From positions 1 through 64,000 of IMG/VR virus record IMGVR_UViG_3300020469_000008: 64,000 nt of DNA; one strand, 5' to 3'. The notes beneath the pieces were generated by a model. That model had not been told where the DNA came from, ran no database searches, and worked only from the letters and a program-made list of their open reading frames with translations. Position 1 is the first letter of the stretch, and each line of letters starts with the position of its first letter. A program made the position numbers and the translations under genes. Positions 20,631 through 30,621 of this stretch are shown here, in pieces. Origin of the DNA: a virus (lineage: Duplodnaviria > Caudoviricetes).

Positions 20631-22742
20631 ATGCCTACAGAAGATTTATACGAAGCAAACAGTGAACCACCTGAGCAAGAAGATAAAGTCGTTGAAGTTA
20701 CAAAAATCTCAAAAACATTACAGCTAGCTGGAGTTTCTGAGTTGAACATAGAACAAGCGCCAGCGCCGTCTAGACCAGTTAATAAAATTAATATTCCTGA
20801 AGTAATCAAACCTAAAGCTAAATTTGTTTATAACTACTTTACGCGGGATGAGAGGATTAGGCCCGACAGTACAAACGATAATGAAAGAATTATTGTACTT
20901 GACGCGTCAAATACAGATGAGATATTTCACAGAACAAGGAATAAAAAACTCGCGAGGTTTGTTCGTTTAGAATTTAACAGTCCACAGGTACCCGCGGCAT
21001 TTAATAATAGATTTAATCTTACAAAAAGGTTTAACTTAACAAATGCTTTAAATCAAATAATTGTTGAAGGCGCAAACTCTGACAAAGTTTTCACCGGTAT
21101 CGAGTTCATGGACACGGGTAAAGAAAATTTCGTTTACAAAATGTTAAACAGCGCTTTGTTTTTTCAAGATATACCTGTTGAAAAAAACTCAAATAGAGAA
21201 GCGATCGCAAAACTCCATGCAACTTTAGAAGAGAAGGGAGGTCTTAAAGGACAAGACAAGAAGCTGTTATTTGAAACCTTTAGAAATTTTAACCCGTCAA
21301 CTGGTGGTAATGATTCTCAACAATACGTTTTAGCACCTTCAGACGTTCCCCCAGAGGTCGCTAAATTTGCGGATGACCCTGTCAGTAAACAAACAGTATC
21401 AGTCCAGTTTAATAATTTATTTATTTCTGAATTAATATCGAGTGCAACTGCAATATCTGACAATGTGTTCCAAGATGAATTAAGATCGCTAGTATCACCT
21501 GCGCGCAACATAACAACTGCCCTTTTAGCAGATTTACCACCAGTTCACACTTTTCGAGAGCTTGATTATGAGTTAGAAGTAAAAGCAGTAAAATTACAAA
21601 GTTTACCCGAAACATCACCAGCAGAAAAAGAAAGATTGTTAGCCAAGTACCCAGAGATTAATTTTGCAGGATATCTCATAGAAAAATTTGAAGTATTACC
21701 TGATGAAACAATTGAGTTTTTGGGGAGAAGGTACATCAAAGATCACGACACAAACTATGCAATAGATTCAGAAGTTAGATACGGTGGTGTGTATACATAT
21801 AAGATTAGAACAGTATGTCAAGTAAAGGTTGTAATTCATACAATTGCTGATAATCCTGCATGTGACCAGGCTGTTTTAGCTACTTGTTTTATGGCTTCAG
21901 AAGGTGAAAATTTCAGTATAAATTGTGTTGAGAGGGTACCTCCCCCACCACCTAGCAATTTAAGGGCAACATTCGATTTTGAGACGCTTTTCCCACGAAT
22001 TTCTTGGCAATTTCCCTTAAATAAACAAAGAGATATTAAACGTTTCCAGATATTTAAAAGATTATCTGTTCAAGAACCTTTTATTTTACTACAAGAATAT
22101 AATTTTGACAATTCACTAGTTAAAACACAAGTAGCAGAATTAGCGTCTGATGGTAAAGTTGTAACAATGACAAGACCGAGAACATATCATGTTGACGTAA
22201 CCCATAAACAAGGTGAAAAGCCAATTTACGCAATTGCGTGTGTTGACGCCCATGGATTAAGTTCTAATTATAGTCCACAAGTAATGGTCGAACGCGATAG
22301 ATACACTAATAAAGTAAAAAGAACAGTTATAAGCAGAGCAAACGCACCAAAACCATACCCTAACATGTTTTTAAATGTTGATACATTCCAAGATGCAATT
22401 AAGGTAAGCAATTATGATAGAATTAAAATTATATTTGATCCTGAATATTACAGAGTGATGAAAAACGACATAGAAATAAGGAAAGGTGCTGGGGGTTCAG
22501 CTGGTGATTCATTTAATACTTTTAACACAAAGGTAGAACGCGACACAAACTTGCTAGCAATTGATAATCAAAACTTCAGGTACAAGTTTCATATAATCAA
22601 TATCGACAATCAACTTGATCAAATTGTTAAGGTTAAACTTTTTAATTTTACGTCGGCAAACGGTATAGACGAAGACACATTTGAAGTACCGGTAACTGAT
22701 TTATCGGAAGATAATTTAAGTTTTCAGTACGGAGTTGAATAA
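20631..22742 (+). CDS. Structural protein with fibronectin type III-like domain
   Basis: 703 aa; PPPPSNLRATF...ISWQFP...IKRFQIFKR...YAIACVDAHG is an FN3-like signature. Confidence 0.55.
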   Translation: MPTEDLYEANSEPPEQEDKVVEVTKISKTLQLAGVSELNIEQAPAPSRPVNKINIPEVIKPKAKFVYNYFTRDERIRPDSTNDNERIIVLDASNTDEIFHRTRNKKLARFVRLEFNSPQVPAAFNNRFNLTKRFNLTNALNQIIVEGANSDKVFTGIEFMDTGKENFVYKMLNSALFFQDIPVEKNSNREAIAKLHATLEEKGGLKGQDKKLLFETFRNFNPSTGGNDSQQYVLAPSDVPPEVAKFADDPVSKQTVSVQFNNLFISELISSATAISDNVFQDELRSLVSPARNITTALLADLPPVHTFRELDYELEVKAVKLQSLPETSPAEKERLLAKYPEINFAGYLIEKFEVLPDETIEFLGRRYIKDHDTNYAIDSEVRYGGVYTYKIRTVCQVKVVIHTIADNPACDQAVLATCFMASEGENFSINCVERVPPPPPSNLRATFDFETLFPRISWQFPLNKQRDIKRFQIFKRLSVQEPFILLQEYNFDNSLVKTQVAELASDGKVVTMTRPRTYHVDVTHKQGEKPIYAIACVDAHGLSSNYSPQVMVERDRYTNKVKRTVISRANAPKPYPNMFLNVDTFQDAIKVSNYDRIKIIFDPEYYRVMKNDIEIRKGAGGSAGDSFNTFNTKVERDTNLLAIDNQNFRYKFHIINIDNQLDQIVKVKLFNFTSANGIDEDTFEVPVTDLSEDNLSFQYGVE

Positions 22743-22801
22743 AAAATTTACTAGTAATCTTTGAATGAGTATATTTAATATAAAAATAAGTGGAGATATA
22801 A

Positions 22802-23533
22802 ATGGGTTTCTTAGATCATAGCACGAATAATATTATCGTTGATGCAGTATTAACAGACGCGGGCAGGAGAGCACTAGCTCGAAATGACGGTTCCTTTCAG
22901 GTTTTTCAGTTTGGATTAGGCGACGACGAAGTTGATTATGAAATAATCAAACATTTTGGGAGAACAGTAGGGAAAGAAAAAATTGAAAAGAATACACCAG
23001 TTTTAGAAGGTCTAACTGCTGGAAGTTTAGCTTTAAAGCACAGGCTAGCGAGTATCGACAATGAATTTGTAACACATTTTCCTTCATTTAGTATTTCAGC
23101 AAATGGTACTTCCACTGCTAATACCTCAGTTGATTTTACTAGAAACAGTACTGAAAACAACTTAAAAAGAAAGAAAATAGTTGTAGAAGTTCAACCATTT
23201 TCAGGCGCACCTGAAGTAGATGTACAATTGATTGATAGTGCGTTTAGAGTTGAAATGAATCACTTGTTTTTACGAATAGAACGTGATCAACCAAATGTTA
23301 TTTTTACAGATAATATTGCTGTTTACGATGTTGATGCGAATGAAGGTTCAGGAAACATAACGTCAACATCTGCTTTCGCACTTGCAGTAAAACAAATTAC
23401 AAATACAACATTTAATATTTATGCTACGTCAGGTGGTAACTTTATTAAAACTTTTGTTAAGGTAACAGGTATTAATTCAGGTTTAACAACTACATTTGAA
23501 GTAAGAATTAACAATCCTGCATCAGCAACATAA
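22802..23533 (+). CDS. Baseplate/tail-collar fibre-like protein (resembles N-terminal part of DUF3751-type proteins)
   Basis: VLTDAGRRALARNDGSFQVFQFGLGDDEVDY resembles the ILTxxGxxxLA...ITxxAxGDG start of tail-collar fibre proteins; GGAG SD upstream. Confidence 0.5.
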   Translation: MGFLDHSTNNIIVDAVLTDAGRRALARNDGSFQVFQFGLGDDEVDYEIIKHFGRTVGKEKIEKNTPVLEGLTAGSLALKHRLASIDNEFVTHFPSFSISANGTSTANTSVDFTRNSTENNLKRKKIVVEVQPFSGAPEVDVQLIDSAFRVEMNHLFLRIERDQPNVIFTDNIAVYDVDANEGSGNITSTSAFALAVKQITNTTFNIYATSGGNFIKTFVKVTGINSGLTTTFEVRINNPASAT

Positions 23534-23556
23534 ATAAGAGAAGAGGGAAATAAATT

Positions 23557-24759
23557 ATGGCAACTTTTAAGACCATCACTAGTGATGATATAAAAACGAC
23601 AACATCAATTCTAAATCAGTTAGTTGACTTTGTTGAGGAAGATGTATCAGGATCAAACACAAGAAAGAAATTTCAGGTATTTGTCACTAGTTCAGCAACA
23701 AACGCAGTGACATCTTCGCTTTTTCAAACAGTATATGATCAAAACTTTACTTTGCAAACAGCAAATGAGTTATTTGATATGACGATGGGTGTTTATTTTA
23801 ATTCTGATACAGTTACGGGATCAGCAGCTTCTCCCTCTCAAGATGCAAATCAGAAGTTATTATTTAAAGAAACTTCATTAATGATGCGAGAAAAAGTCAA
23901 CATTTACAGGCAACATGCACAATTATTGTTAGGCAATGCACAATCAAGATTTACAGCACCAAATTCAAATCTGCCAGCATCAAACAACAACAATATTAAT
24001 GAGGCATTATTTATTAATTTTAAAAGACTTTTTGTTCGAGACGGAATTAAGCGAGAAACATTTGCGATGAAAATGTTTGCTAGCTCATCTAGAGGCCTCG
24101 CAGGTGACGCACATGCATCAAATTTAACAGTAACACGAATTAATCCAGCCACTGGGTCAGTAATTTTAACAGACGTAGGTTCTTCAACAAGTGTTGAACG
24201 TTCAGAATCTGGTGGCGATGTTGGAAACATTGTGTTAGCAAGTAACACAAATACTTCAGTTGGTCTAATGTACTACCAACAAGGTATTGCTGTTTTAGAC
24301 ATGAAGAAAGTTTTTGATGCTAATCAAGTAATGTCAGGTACAATTTCAAGAGTAGGATCAGCTGCTACTGTCGTAATGAATGATAAGTTTATTCCAGGGT
24401 TTGTCACGTCCGCTTCTATTGACGAAGTTTTAGATCACGTCGCGACAACAAGATTCGGTTCCGGTTCAAATACGTTTGCTACATTTCAAAATAATACTAA
24501 ATTAAATTCAACTTTGTATTTCTGTAGGGCAACAGCAGACGAGTTTAACTATTCCACAAACCCAACGTATACTGACACATCCGGTCGACTAGTTGTAGTT
24601 GATGAAGGCGCAGGTAGAGATGAGAAATCATTTTCTTTTGTAACAACTGTTGGTTTATACGATGCAAACGAAGAATTGTTAGCTGTGGCAAAACTTAGTC
24701 GTCCAGTTGAAAAGAATGATGAGAAGGATTTGACATTTAGAGTGCGTTTAGATTTCTAA
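23557..24759 (+). CDS. Baseplate structural protein with DUF3751-like C-terminal motif
   Basis: Ends FVTTVGLYDANEELLAVAKLSRPVEKNDEKDLTFRVRLDF. Confidence 0.55.
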   Translation: MATFKTITSDDIKTTTSILNQLVDFVEEDVSGSNTRKKFQVFVTSSATNAVTSSLFQTVYDQNFTLQTANELFDMTMGVYFNSDTVTGSAASPSQDANQKLLFKETSLMMREKVNIYRQHAQLLLGNAQSRFTAPNSNLPASNNNNINEALFINFKRLFVRDGIKRETFAMKMFASSSRGLAGDAHASNLTVTRINPATGSVILTDVGSSTSVERSESGGDVGNIVLASNTNTSVGLMYYQQGIAVLDMKKVFDANQVMSGTISRVGSAATVVMNDKFIPGFVTSASIDEVLDHVATTRFGSGSNTFATFQNNTKLNSTLYFCRATADEFNYSTNPTYTDTSGRLVVVDEGAGRDEKSFSFVTTVGLYDANEELLAVAKLSRPVEKNDEKDLTFRVRLDF

Positions 24760-24768
24760 AGGTGGGTA

Positions 24769-27132
24769 ATGTCATTTATTAAAATAGGTAAAAATAATTT
24801 TGAACATGTATCAGTTGCGTTAAGACCTCAAACTAATTTTGTATCTTCATCAGCAGGTATTACGGGTTCGAATTTTGTGTCGCCTCTTAGATCTCCTACA
24901 CTTAAGCAAATTTTTCCAAACTTAAGTTTAGATAACATAGATCCAAACGACAGACAGACAATGGCAGAGTTAAGATCAAAAGTTCTTGCTAGTCCAGAAG
25001 CTAAAAGAGGAGAGTTCATTGCTGCTGACCGTAATACAAGTAAAACAAATATTAATGTCGAAGCACAAAATTATTTAAATTCAGTTAATTCCGCCCAGAG
25101 AGTCGAAAAATTTTCTAAAGCAATAAATATCTTTAGATTTGATTTGCCTGTTACAATAAACGCAAATAGAAATATTAAAAACATCGTCAAGAAAACATTT
25201 ATGCCATATCATAAACATAGATATGATAATTGTAATTTTGCATATTCAAACTATCACACACTTAATTTTTTCCATTCAACAACTGTACCAACAGGGTCAG
25301 CTTTAATATATCCTAACGTAAATCGTGCATATGACTTGCCAACTAATTTCTGTGTAAATTTTTGGATTAACCCACGTTATTCGTATGACAATTACAGGGC
25401 GGGTACTATACTACATCTGTCGTCATCACTAGCAATATCTCTAGTCTCAGGATCTTCAACAGATAAATTCGGTCAACCCGATACATTTAAAATACTCGTA
25501 CAACTAAGCCAAAGTGCAGACAAAGCACCATCAAGTGTAGACTTAAGGAATCCATCGACAAGTTATCCAAATGATCTTATTTTTACTTCATCACATTTTT
25601 TAAATAAAAATCACTGGCACAATGTGACAGTCCAGTGGTCGCCAGATGTTAATAATTCGTCTGGTTCGATATTTATTGATGATAAAGAAACTAGATTTCA
25701 TGTGCCTTCATCTTCACTTGCTGTTAACACATCAATACCATACTCGGGATCAGTTGTTGGTAACTATTATGACGGTACGCGTAGGAACTTAGCATTCTTA
25801 CTAAATAATGCATCAGGTACAGCTGAAGGTTTTACCGGTATGGCACCCACTGATGAAGGGGATCCATTTTTCAGTGGTAATACGTTTGGGCACCCACTTA
25901 ACGCTGAAATGCATGAGTTGAAAATTTACAACAAGGTGCTTTCAAATACTACTGGCGCAATTAAGCTCAAGTCAGATTTGCAGCTCATAAAAGAAACTGG
26001 ACCGTCAAACTTTGACAATTTAATTTTTTATGTGCCTCCTTTCTTTTACCCAACATCATCTTTAAGGCAGGTACTCACAACCCCTTTCGAAAAGACCATA
26101 ACATCAACAGACGACCCACTTAACGTTGCTTTTTCTCTTGGTAAAAATGGTAAAATGATAAATTTAGAAAATTTTACAAGGGAGTTTATTGTAGGCCAAC
26201 AACCACGTTTATTTGGTCTTGTGCCTGAAACAATAAATACAACAATACAAAACATAACAGCAGATCAATTTGTCTATGACACGGGATCACATAAAAAGAG
26301 AAATTTCTCAATACTACCAAACGACAACGGTCTATTTATACCTAACTATTTTGCACTTAAAAGCTCAGAAATGTCTGGTAGTGCTAAATTTTATGAAGAT
26401 TCAATTGACAAAAGAGGTTCGATTGATTATTCAATGATATCACTTGAAGATTTAATACCTAGTTCATCTTTGCACCCGGGATTAATACAATCCCGAGGTC
26501 AAGTTTACAATGCAATTGTTTCAGCCAGCGCTCAAAACCCGGGCGTTAACAAAGGTGCAGTGTTAACTATAGCGCAGAGAACAAAAGATAGGAGCACAAA
26601 CGAAATTGTTATCTACGATATATCTAATCTTTATTATGGGAACAGAATAAACCCAGGTTCATTTGAATTATTTGAAGATAACTTAACAGGATCCGAACAT
26701 AAGATTAGTATTAAAATTAAAGATAACGAACGCGGCTCATTATATCGTGCGGATGCTGTAACAAAACATGCTACTTGGAACAATATCGGTAATGTATTTT
26801 ATGATGAAGGCATTGCAATAATCAAGACACCCCATCTTTTGTTTTTTAATAAGGATAAAACAGACATAAAGTTTAAAGGGGAACAAAATTTACACACGAT
26901 GATACTAAACATTCCAGCATATGCAAATATGATGAATTCGTCATCAAACCCTACATTTAAATCATTGTCACCGTCCACCGGTGCCAACGATGAAGATATA
27001 TCCACATTATACGTCACCACAGTTAACATTCATGACGATAACTTTAATATTATAATGAAGGCAAATTTTGCACAACCCATCTTTAAAACAGAAGAAGATG
27101 AATTTATTATAAGACTAAAAGAGGATTTTTGA
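24769..27132 (+). CDS. Baseplate structural protein with LamG domain and DUF3751-like C-terminal motif
   Basis: LamG-like FCVNFWINP...NHWHNVTVQW...AEMHELKIYN; C-terminus YVTTVNIHDDNFNIIMKANFAQPIFK is paralogous to that of 23557..24759. Confidence 0.55.
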   Translation: MSFIKIGKNNFEHVSVALRPQTNFVSSSAGITGSNFVSPLRSPTLKQIFPNLSLDNIDPNDRQTMAELRSKVLASPEAKRGEFIAADRNTSKTNINVEAQNYLNSVNSAQRVEKFSKAINIFRFDLPVTINANRNIKNIVKKTFMPYHKHRYDNCNFAYSNYHTLNFFHSTTVPTGSALIYPNVNRAYDLPTNFCVNFWINPRYSYDNYRAGTILHLSSSLAISLVSGSSTDKFGQPDTFKILVQLSQSADKAPSSVDLRNPSTSYPNDLIFTSSHFLNKNHWHNVTVQWSPDVNNSSGSIFIDDKETRFHVPSSSLAVNTSIPYSGSVVGNYYDGTRRNLAFLLNNASGTAEGFTGMAPTDEGDPFFSGNTFGHPLNAEMHELKIYNKVLSNTTGAIKLKSDLQLIKETGPSNFDNLIFYVPPFFYPTSSLRQVLTTPFEKTITSTDDPLNVAFSLGKNGKMINLENFTREFIVGQQPRLFGLVPETINTTIQNITADQFVYDTGSHKKRNFSILPNDNGLFIPNYFALKSSEMSGSAKFYEDSIDKRGSIDYSMISLEDLIPSSSLHPGLIQSRGQVYNAIVSASAQNPGVNKGAVLTIAQRTKDRSTNEIVIYDISNLYYGNRINPGSFELFEDNLTGSEHKISIKIKDNERGSLYRADAVTKHATWNNIGNVFYDEGIAIIKTPHLLFFNKDKTDIKFKGEQNLHTMILNIPAYANMMNSSSNPTFKSLSPSTGANDEDISTLYVTTVNIHDDNFNIIMKANFAQPIFKTEEDEFIIRLKEDF

Positions 27133-27672
27133 TTGTTACTAGCACTAGATATATCGACAAGCTGCACTGGGTATTGCATCTTTGACGAGGATAAACTTAT
27201 AGACATTGGAAGTATAAACTTAAGTAAACATAAGGGGTTGTTCGAGAAAGCAACACAAGTTAAATTAGACATTGTAAAGATGTACAAAAAATATGACATA
27301 ACTCACGTTGCTGTTGAAGAAAACTTGCAAGCATTTAGGCCCGGGTTGAGCTCAGCAAAGACGCTAATGACATTGGCACAATTTAATGGTGTTGTGCGCT
27401 GGATATGTCATGAAAGCCTATCAGTTCCTGTTGAATCGATAAACGTAAACACAGCCCGGAAAAATGTAGGTTTGAAAATTAATAAAAAAGATAAGTCAAA
27501 GTCAACAAAAGAAAAAGTGTTAGATTGGGTGTCCGCAGATGAACCGTCTATAAAGTGGCCAACAAAGATATTAAAGAGTGGACCAAATAAGGGTCAGAAG
27601 CGAATCTGTAATGAAGCATACGATATGGCAGATGCTTATGTCATAGGTAGATCTTTTTTAGTTGAAAATTAA
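27133..27672 (+). CDS. RuvC-like Holliday junction resolvase
   Basis: RNase H-fold catalytic pattern LALDISTSCTG / VAVEE / DMADAY; TTG start with GAGG 8 nt upstream. Confidence 0.8.
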   Translation: MLLALDISTSCTGYCIFDEDKLIDIGSINLSKHKGLFEKATQVKLDIVKMYKKYDITHVAVEENLQAFRPGLSSAKTLMTLAQFNGVVRWICHESLSVPVESINVNTARKNVGLKINKKDKSKSTKEKVLDWVSADEPSIKWPTKILKSGPNKGQKRICNEAYDMADAYVIGRSFLVEN

Positions 27673-27690
27673 AATAGTGCTCGATACAAT
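27662..27690 (+). promoter_or_regulatory. Sigma70-type promoter for primase (probably leaderless transcript)
   Basis: TTGAAA (27662-27667), 17-nt spacer, TACAAT (27685-27690); ATG at 27697 with no SD. Confidence 0.6.
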
Positions 27691-27696
27691 TCCAAT

Positions 27697-28665
27697 ATGG
27701 AAATTGTTACTAAGCAACAAAAAATAGATGTTTTAGAAGGTATATTTGGTGAAGCCACGTTAGCAAACAGTGGTAAGAACATATCAGTAATATGCCCTGT
27801 TTGCCGTGCCAATTCAAAATCAAGTGCCAAGAAGCGTAAACTATCAATCTGCCTTGAAAAAGGTATATATCATTGCTGGGTGTGCGAAACAAAAGGTAGG
27901 AACGTTGCAAAATTCGCCATTAGAAACGCTAGTGCAAATAAAAACGACTTCGTAACCCTAAATGAACTTTTTGCATTCGATAATACAAACGAAGAAAAAG
28001 AACCAGAATACATCCTCAGGCTACCTGACGATTTTTGTCTACTAGTAAATGCAACTGGTAGATTAGGAAGTATAGCAAACAGTTATCTGCACAAACGAGG
28101 TTTAACACAGAATGACTTGTTACGTTATAAAATAGGAATAAGTAACGAATACGAATATGTTAACAGAATTATCTTTCCGTCATTTTGCGAAGATATGAAG
28201 CTTAATTACTTTTTATCACGAACTTATGATGAAACTGAAAAAAGAAAGTATAAGAATTGCAAGATTCAGCGTAGAGATATTATTTTTAACGAATATCTAA
28301 TTGATTGGGATCAGCAAGTAGTACTAGTTGAAGGCGTTTTTGATGCGATTAAAGCAGGTGACAACTCTATTCCGATGCTAGGTAGTTGGATAGATGAAAG
28401 TCATTACTTGTTTAAAAAGATAGTGCAAGAAAAAACACCTGTTATTCTAGGTTTAGATCCGGATGCGATAGAAAAGACAATGAAAATTGCTAAAAATTTT
28501 AAGCAATATGGTATTGATGTAAGAATTACACAACACGAAGATAAAGATTTTGGAGACATGACAAAAGACGAAGCAAATTATTACATACAAACTGCGCAGA
28601 AGTATGAACTTACTGATAGAATAGGATATTTAATACAGAGTATCAGTTCCGGTTCGATATTTTAG
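27697..28665 (+). CDS. DNA primase (zinc-binding domain + TOPRIM)
   Basis: CPVC...HCWVC zinc finger; RIIFP; TOPRIM VLVEGVFDA and LGLDPDA. Confidence 0.88.
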   Translation: MEIVTKQQKIDVLEGIFGEATLANSGKNISVICPVCRANSKSSAKKRKLSICLEKGIYHCWVCETKGRNVAKFAIRNASANKNDFVTLNELFAFDNTNEEKEPEYILRLPDDFCLLVNATGRLGSIANSYLHKRGLTQNDLLRYKIGISNEYEYVNRIIFPSFCEDMKLNYFLSRTYDETEKRKYKNCKIQRRDIIFNEYLIDWDQQVVLVEGVFDAIKAGDNSIPMLGSWIDESHYLFKKIVQEKTPVILGLDPDAIEKTMKIAKNFKQYGIDVRITQHEDKDFGDMTKDEANYYIQTAQKYELTDRIGYLIQSISSGSIF

Positions 28666-28673
28666 GAGATATA

Positions 28674-29273
28674 ATGAGTAATTTGACGAATTCTAAACTT
28701 CGTAGAATGATTATGCAAGAATTAGCAAAAATGGTGGGTGAGGACGCTTTAGTTTCACCTGATAGAAGAGATTCATACAGAGACACAGGTTATCGCCCGC
28801 AAACAATGGAACCACACAGTTTTACTTTAACAAAGTACGGTGACAATTACGACGATTTCGGCGGTGGTGAAGAAGAGACTTGTGAACAATGCGGTAAAAT
28901 GTCATATGATTGTGAATGTTTTGAATCAGGCTGTGGATCCACCACCTCGAGTAGTGTCACACTGCAAGAAGGTGATTGTGGTTGTGGATCGTCGTCTAAT
29001 GACGGTACAGATTATTCAATAGATACAATGGAAATGCTTGACAGTGTCTTAGGGGATATGATACATACTCACCCTGACAAGCACAGTCACAACAATTATA
29101 TGGCGAAACCTGCGCTATACAAAGTTGCAAAGTATGCACAAAAGCTTTTACATATGATACCAGACGGGTATGAATTAGATGATTGGCAACGACACAAAAT
29201 TGCGCAGATATCTGATGACATATCTGAGGTATATCATTCACTAGATTACGATTTTCATGACGACGAGTATTAA
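28674..29273 (+). CDS. Putative internal head (cargo) protein with shared N-terminal leader
   Basis: Starts MSNLTNSKLRRMIMQEL; Cys-rich middle; C-terminal helical module MAKPALYKVAKYAQKLLHMIPDGYELDDWQRHKI; AGGAG SD. Confidence 0.6.
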   Translation: MSNLTNSKLRRMIMQELAKMVGEDALVSPDRRDSYRDTGYRPQTMEPHSFTLTKYGDNYDDFGGGEEETCEQCGKMSYDCECFESGCGSTTSSSVTLQEGDCGCGSSSNDGTDYSIDTMEMLDSVLGDMIHTHPDKHSHNNYMAKPALYKVAKYAQKLLHMIPDGYELDDWQRHKIAQISDDISEVYHSLDYDFHDDEY

Positions 29274-30574
29274 TGAGGTCTATACAAGAATTATTTGATG
29301 AGACAAAACACGATATCGACAAAGGACACTTAGATAGGGTGTCTCGTAGATATCGTTACTTTGATAGTAATTGTTTTGATGACGTCCCTAAAATGCGGCA
29401 CCCAACTGAGCAAAGTAAGGCATTCACAAATGACATGAAAGAAGTCATAAGGTGTCACAATCATCCTAGTCTTTCCACAAAATTCTTGCGTGACAGTGAC
29501 GATTCAGTAGAAAAAATATTTAAAAGATACTGTAAAGAGAATGGTTATCATCTTATAGACTGGAAAAAATTAAAAGATATTCTTCGTGATGTCGACAGCA
29601 TTGTTTTAAAACTAAAATATAAAAATAATAGGCCTAGACCATTACATTATCTACGTGATTTAAGCGATGATGAACAACAAATAAAGTATAAAAAGTCGCC
29701 AAGTTTTCCAAGTGGTCACACCGCGATTGCATACTTTTTATGTGACGTCATATCAAACAGCATACCTGAAATCCAGCAGGATCTCCAAACTTTGGCCTCA
29801 TTGATAGGACAAACAAGAATTGAGAACGCTGTACATTTTCCAACAGACATAGACTATGGCAGGTTGGTGGGAGAAACTTTGGCAGATTTATTTTTACAGC
29901 AGTCAGGCACCCGTATTTACTCTGGTTTAAAAACAAAACACTACGCAGACTTTGCAAAGAAATTGTGTGACAAATCCAAACAAATTTATGTAGATGATTC
30001 AGAAAGTGCTGCTTATGATAAATATGCAGATGATTTAGCAGATTTTCTACACCGCACAAATGAAATAGAGTTTTATAATGTACCATACAATGAGTGTCTA
30101 GACGCAGCACGACATATAATGATGGGCTTTCCAAGCAGCTATATAACACAGAACGCATACATCCAGTCCCAGTTAGACGGTTTAACAATGTCTCACAAGT
30201 GTGGGGTAATAGATAACAACTTTAAAGTTGTTCGTATTCACGAATGCTTCTTGTCAAGTGTTCTAGAGAAAGGAACACCAGGCGAGTTTCGAAATTTTTC
30301 TCACGCTTCTCGAGCAGGTGTACAGTTTCCTGAACCTTGCAACTTGCACAATAAGCTACGTTTATGTCACGGATATAAAGATAAAGCTTGGTTAAGACAT
30401 TTATTGTATGAATATATTCATCCTTTCTGTGACGGGAACGGTCGTTCAGGGCGAATTATTCTTGCAAATGATTTAGACTACGATTTCTCAAAAATTAACC
30501 AATTGATAGGGCAGAACTATATACCTACAATTGTAAAGCAAATGGTTGGGCCTAAATTAGAAAAGCTGTTATAG
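29273..30574 (+). CDS. PAP2 (acid phosphatase/haloperoxidase superfamily) - Fic domain fusion
   Basis: PAP2 motifs KYKNNRPRP, SFPSGH, TRIENAVHFPTD; complete Fic motif HPFCDGNGRSGR at 30419-30454. Confidence 0.8.
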   Translation: MRSIQELFDETKHDIDKGHLDRVSRRYRYFDSNCFDDVPKMRHPTEQSKAFTNDMKEVIRCHNHPSLSTKFLRDSDDSVEKIFKRYCKENGYHLIDWKKLKDILRDVDSIVLKLKYKNNRPRPLHYLRDLSDDEQQIKYKKSPSFPSGHTAIAYFLCDVISNSIPEIQQDLQTLASLIGQTRIENAVHFPTDIDYGRLVGETLADLFLQQSGTRIYSGLKTKHYADFAKKLCDKSKQIYVDDSESAAYDKYADDLADFLHRTNEIEFYNVPYNECLDAARHIMMGFPSSYITQNAYIQSQLDGLTMSHKCGVIDNNFKVVRIHECFLSSVLEKGTPGEFRNFSHASRAGVQFPEPCNLHNKLRLCHGYKDKAWLRHLLYEYIHPFCDGNGRSGRIILANDLDYDFSKINQLIGQNYIPTIVKQMVGPKLEKLL

Positions 30575-30602
30575 TGTAATCCTTGTAATTGCATATTATA
30601 CT
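30574..30602 (+). promoter_or_regulatory. Early/middle-type promoter, GTGYAA-N17-TATA(A/C)T class, copy 1
   Basis: GTGTAA 30574-30579, 17-nt spacer, TATACT 30597-30602. Confidence 0.6.
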
Positions 30603-30621
30603 ATATTTGCAAGGAGGAAAT

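Noticed and set aside
27121-27140. Readthrough fusion of the 787 aa baseplate protein to the RuvC-like gene (TGA directly followed by in-frame TTG)
   Set aside because: The upstream protein ends like its paralogue (RLKEDF versus RVRLDF), the resolvase has its own GAGG SD and begins where RuvC-like proteins normally begin.
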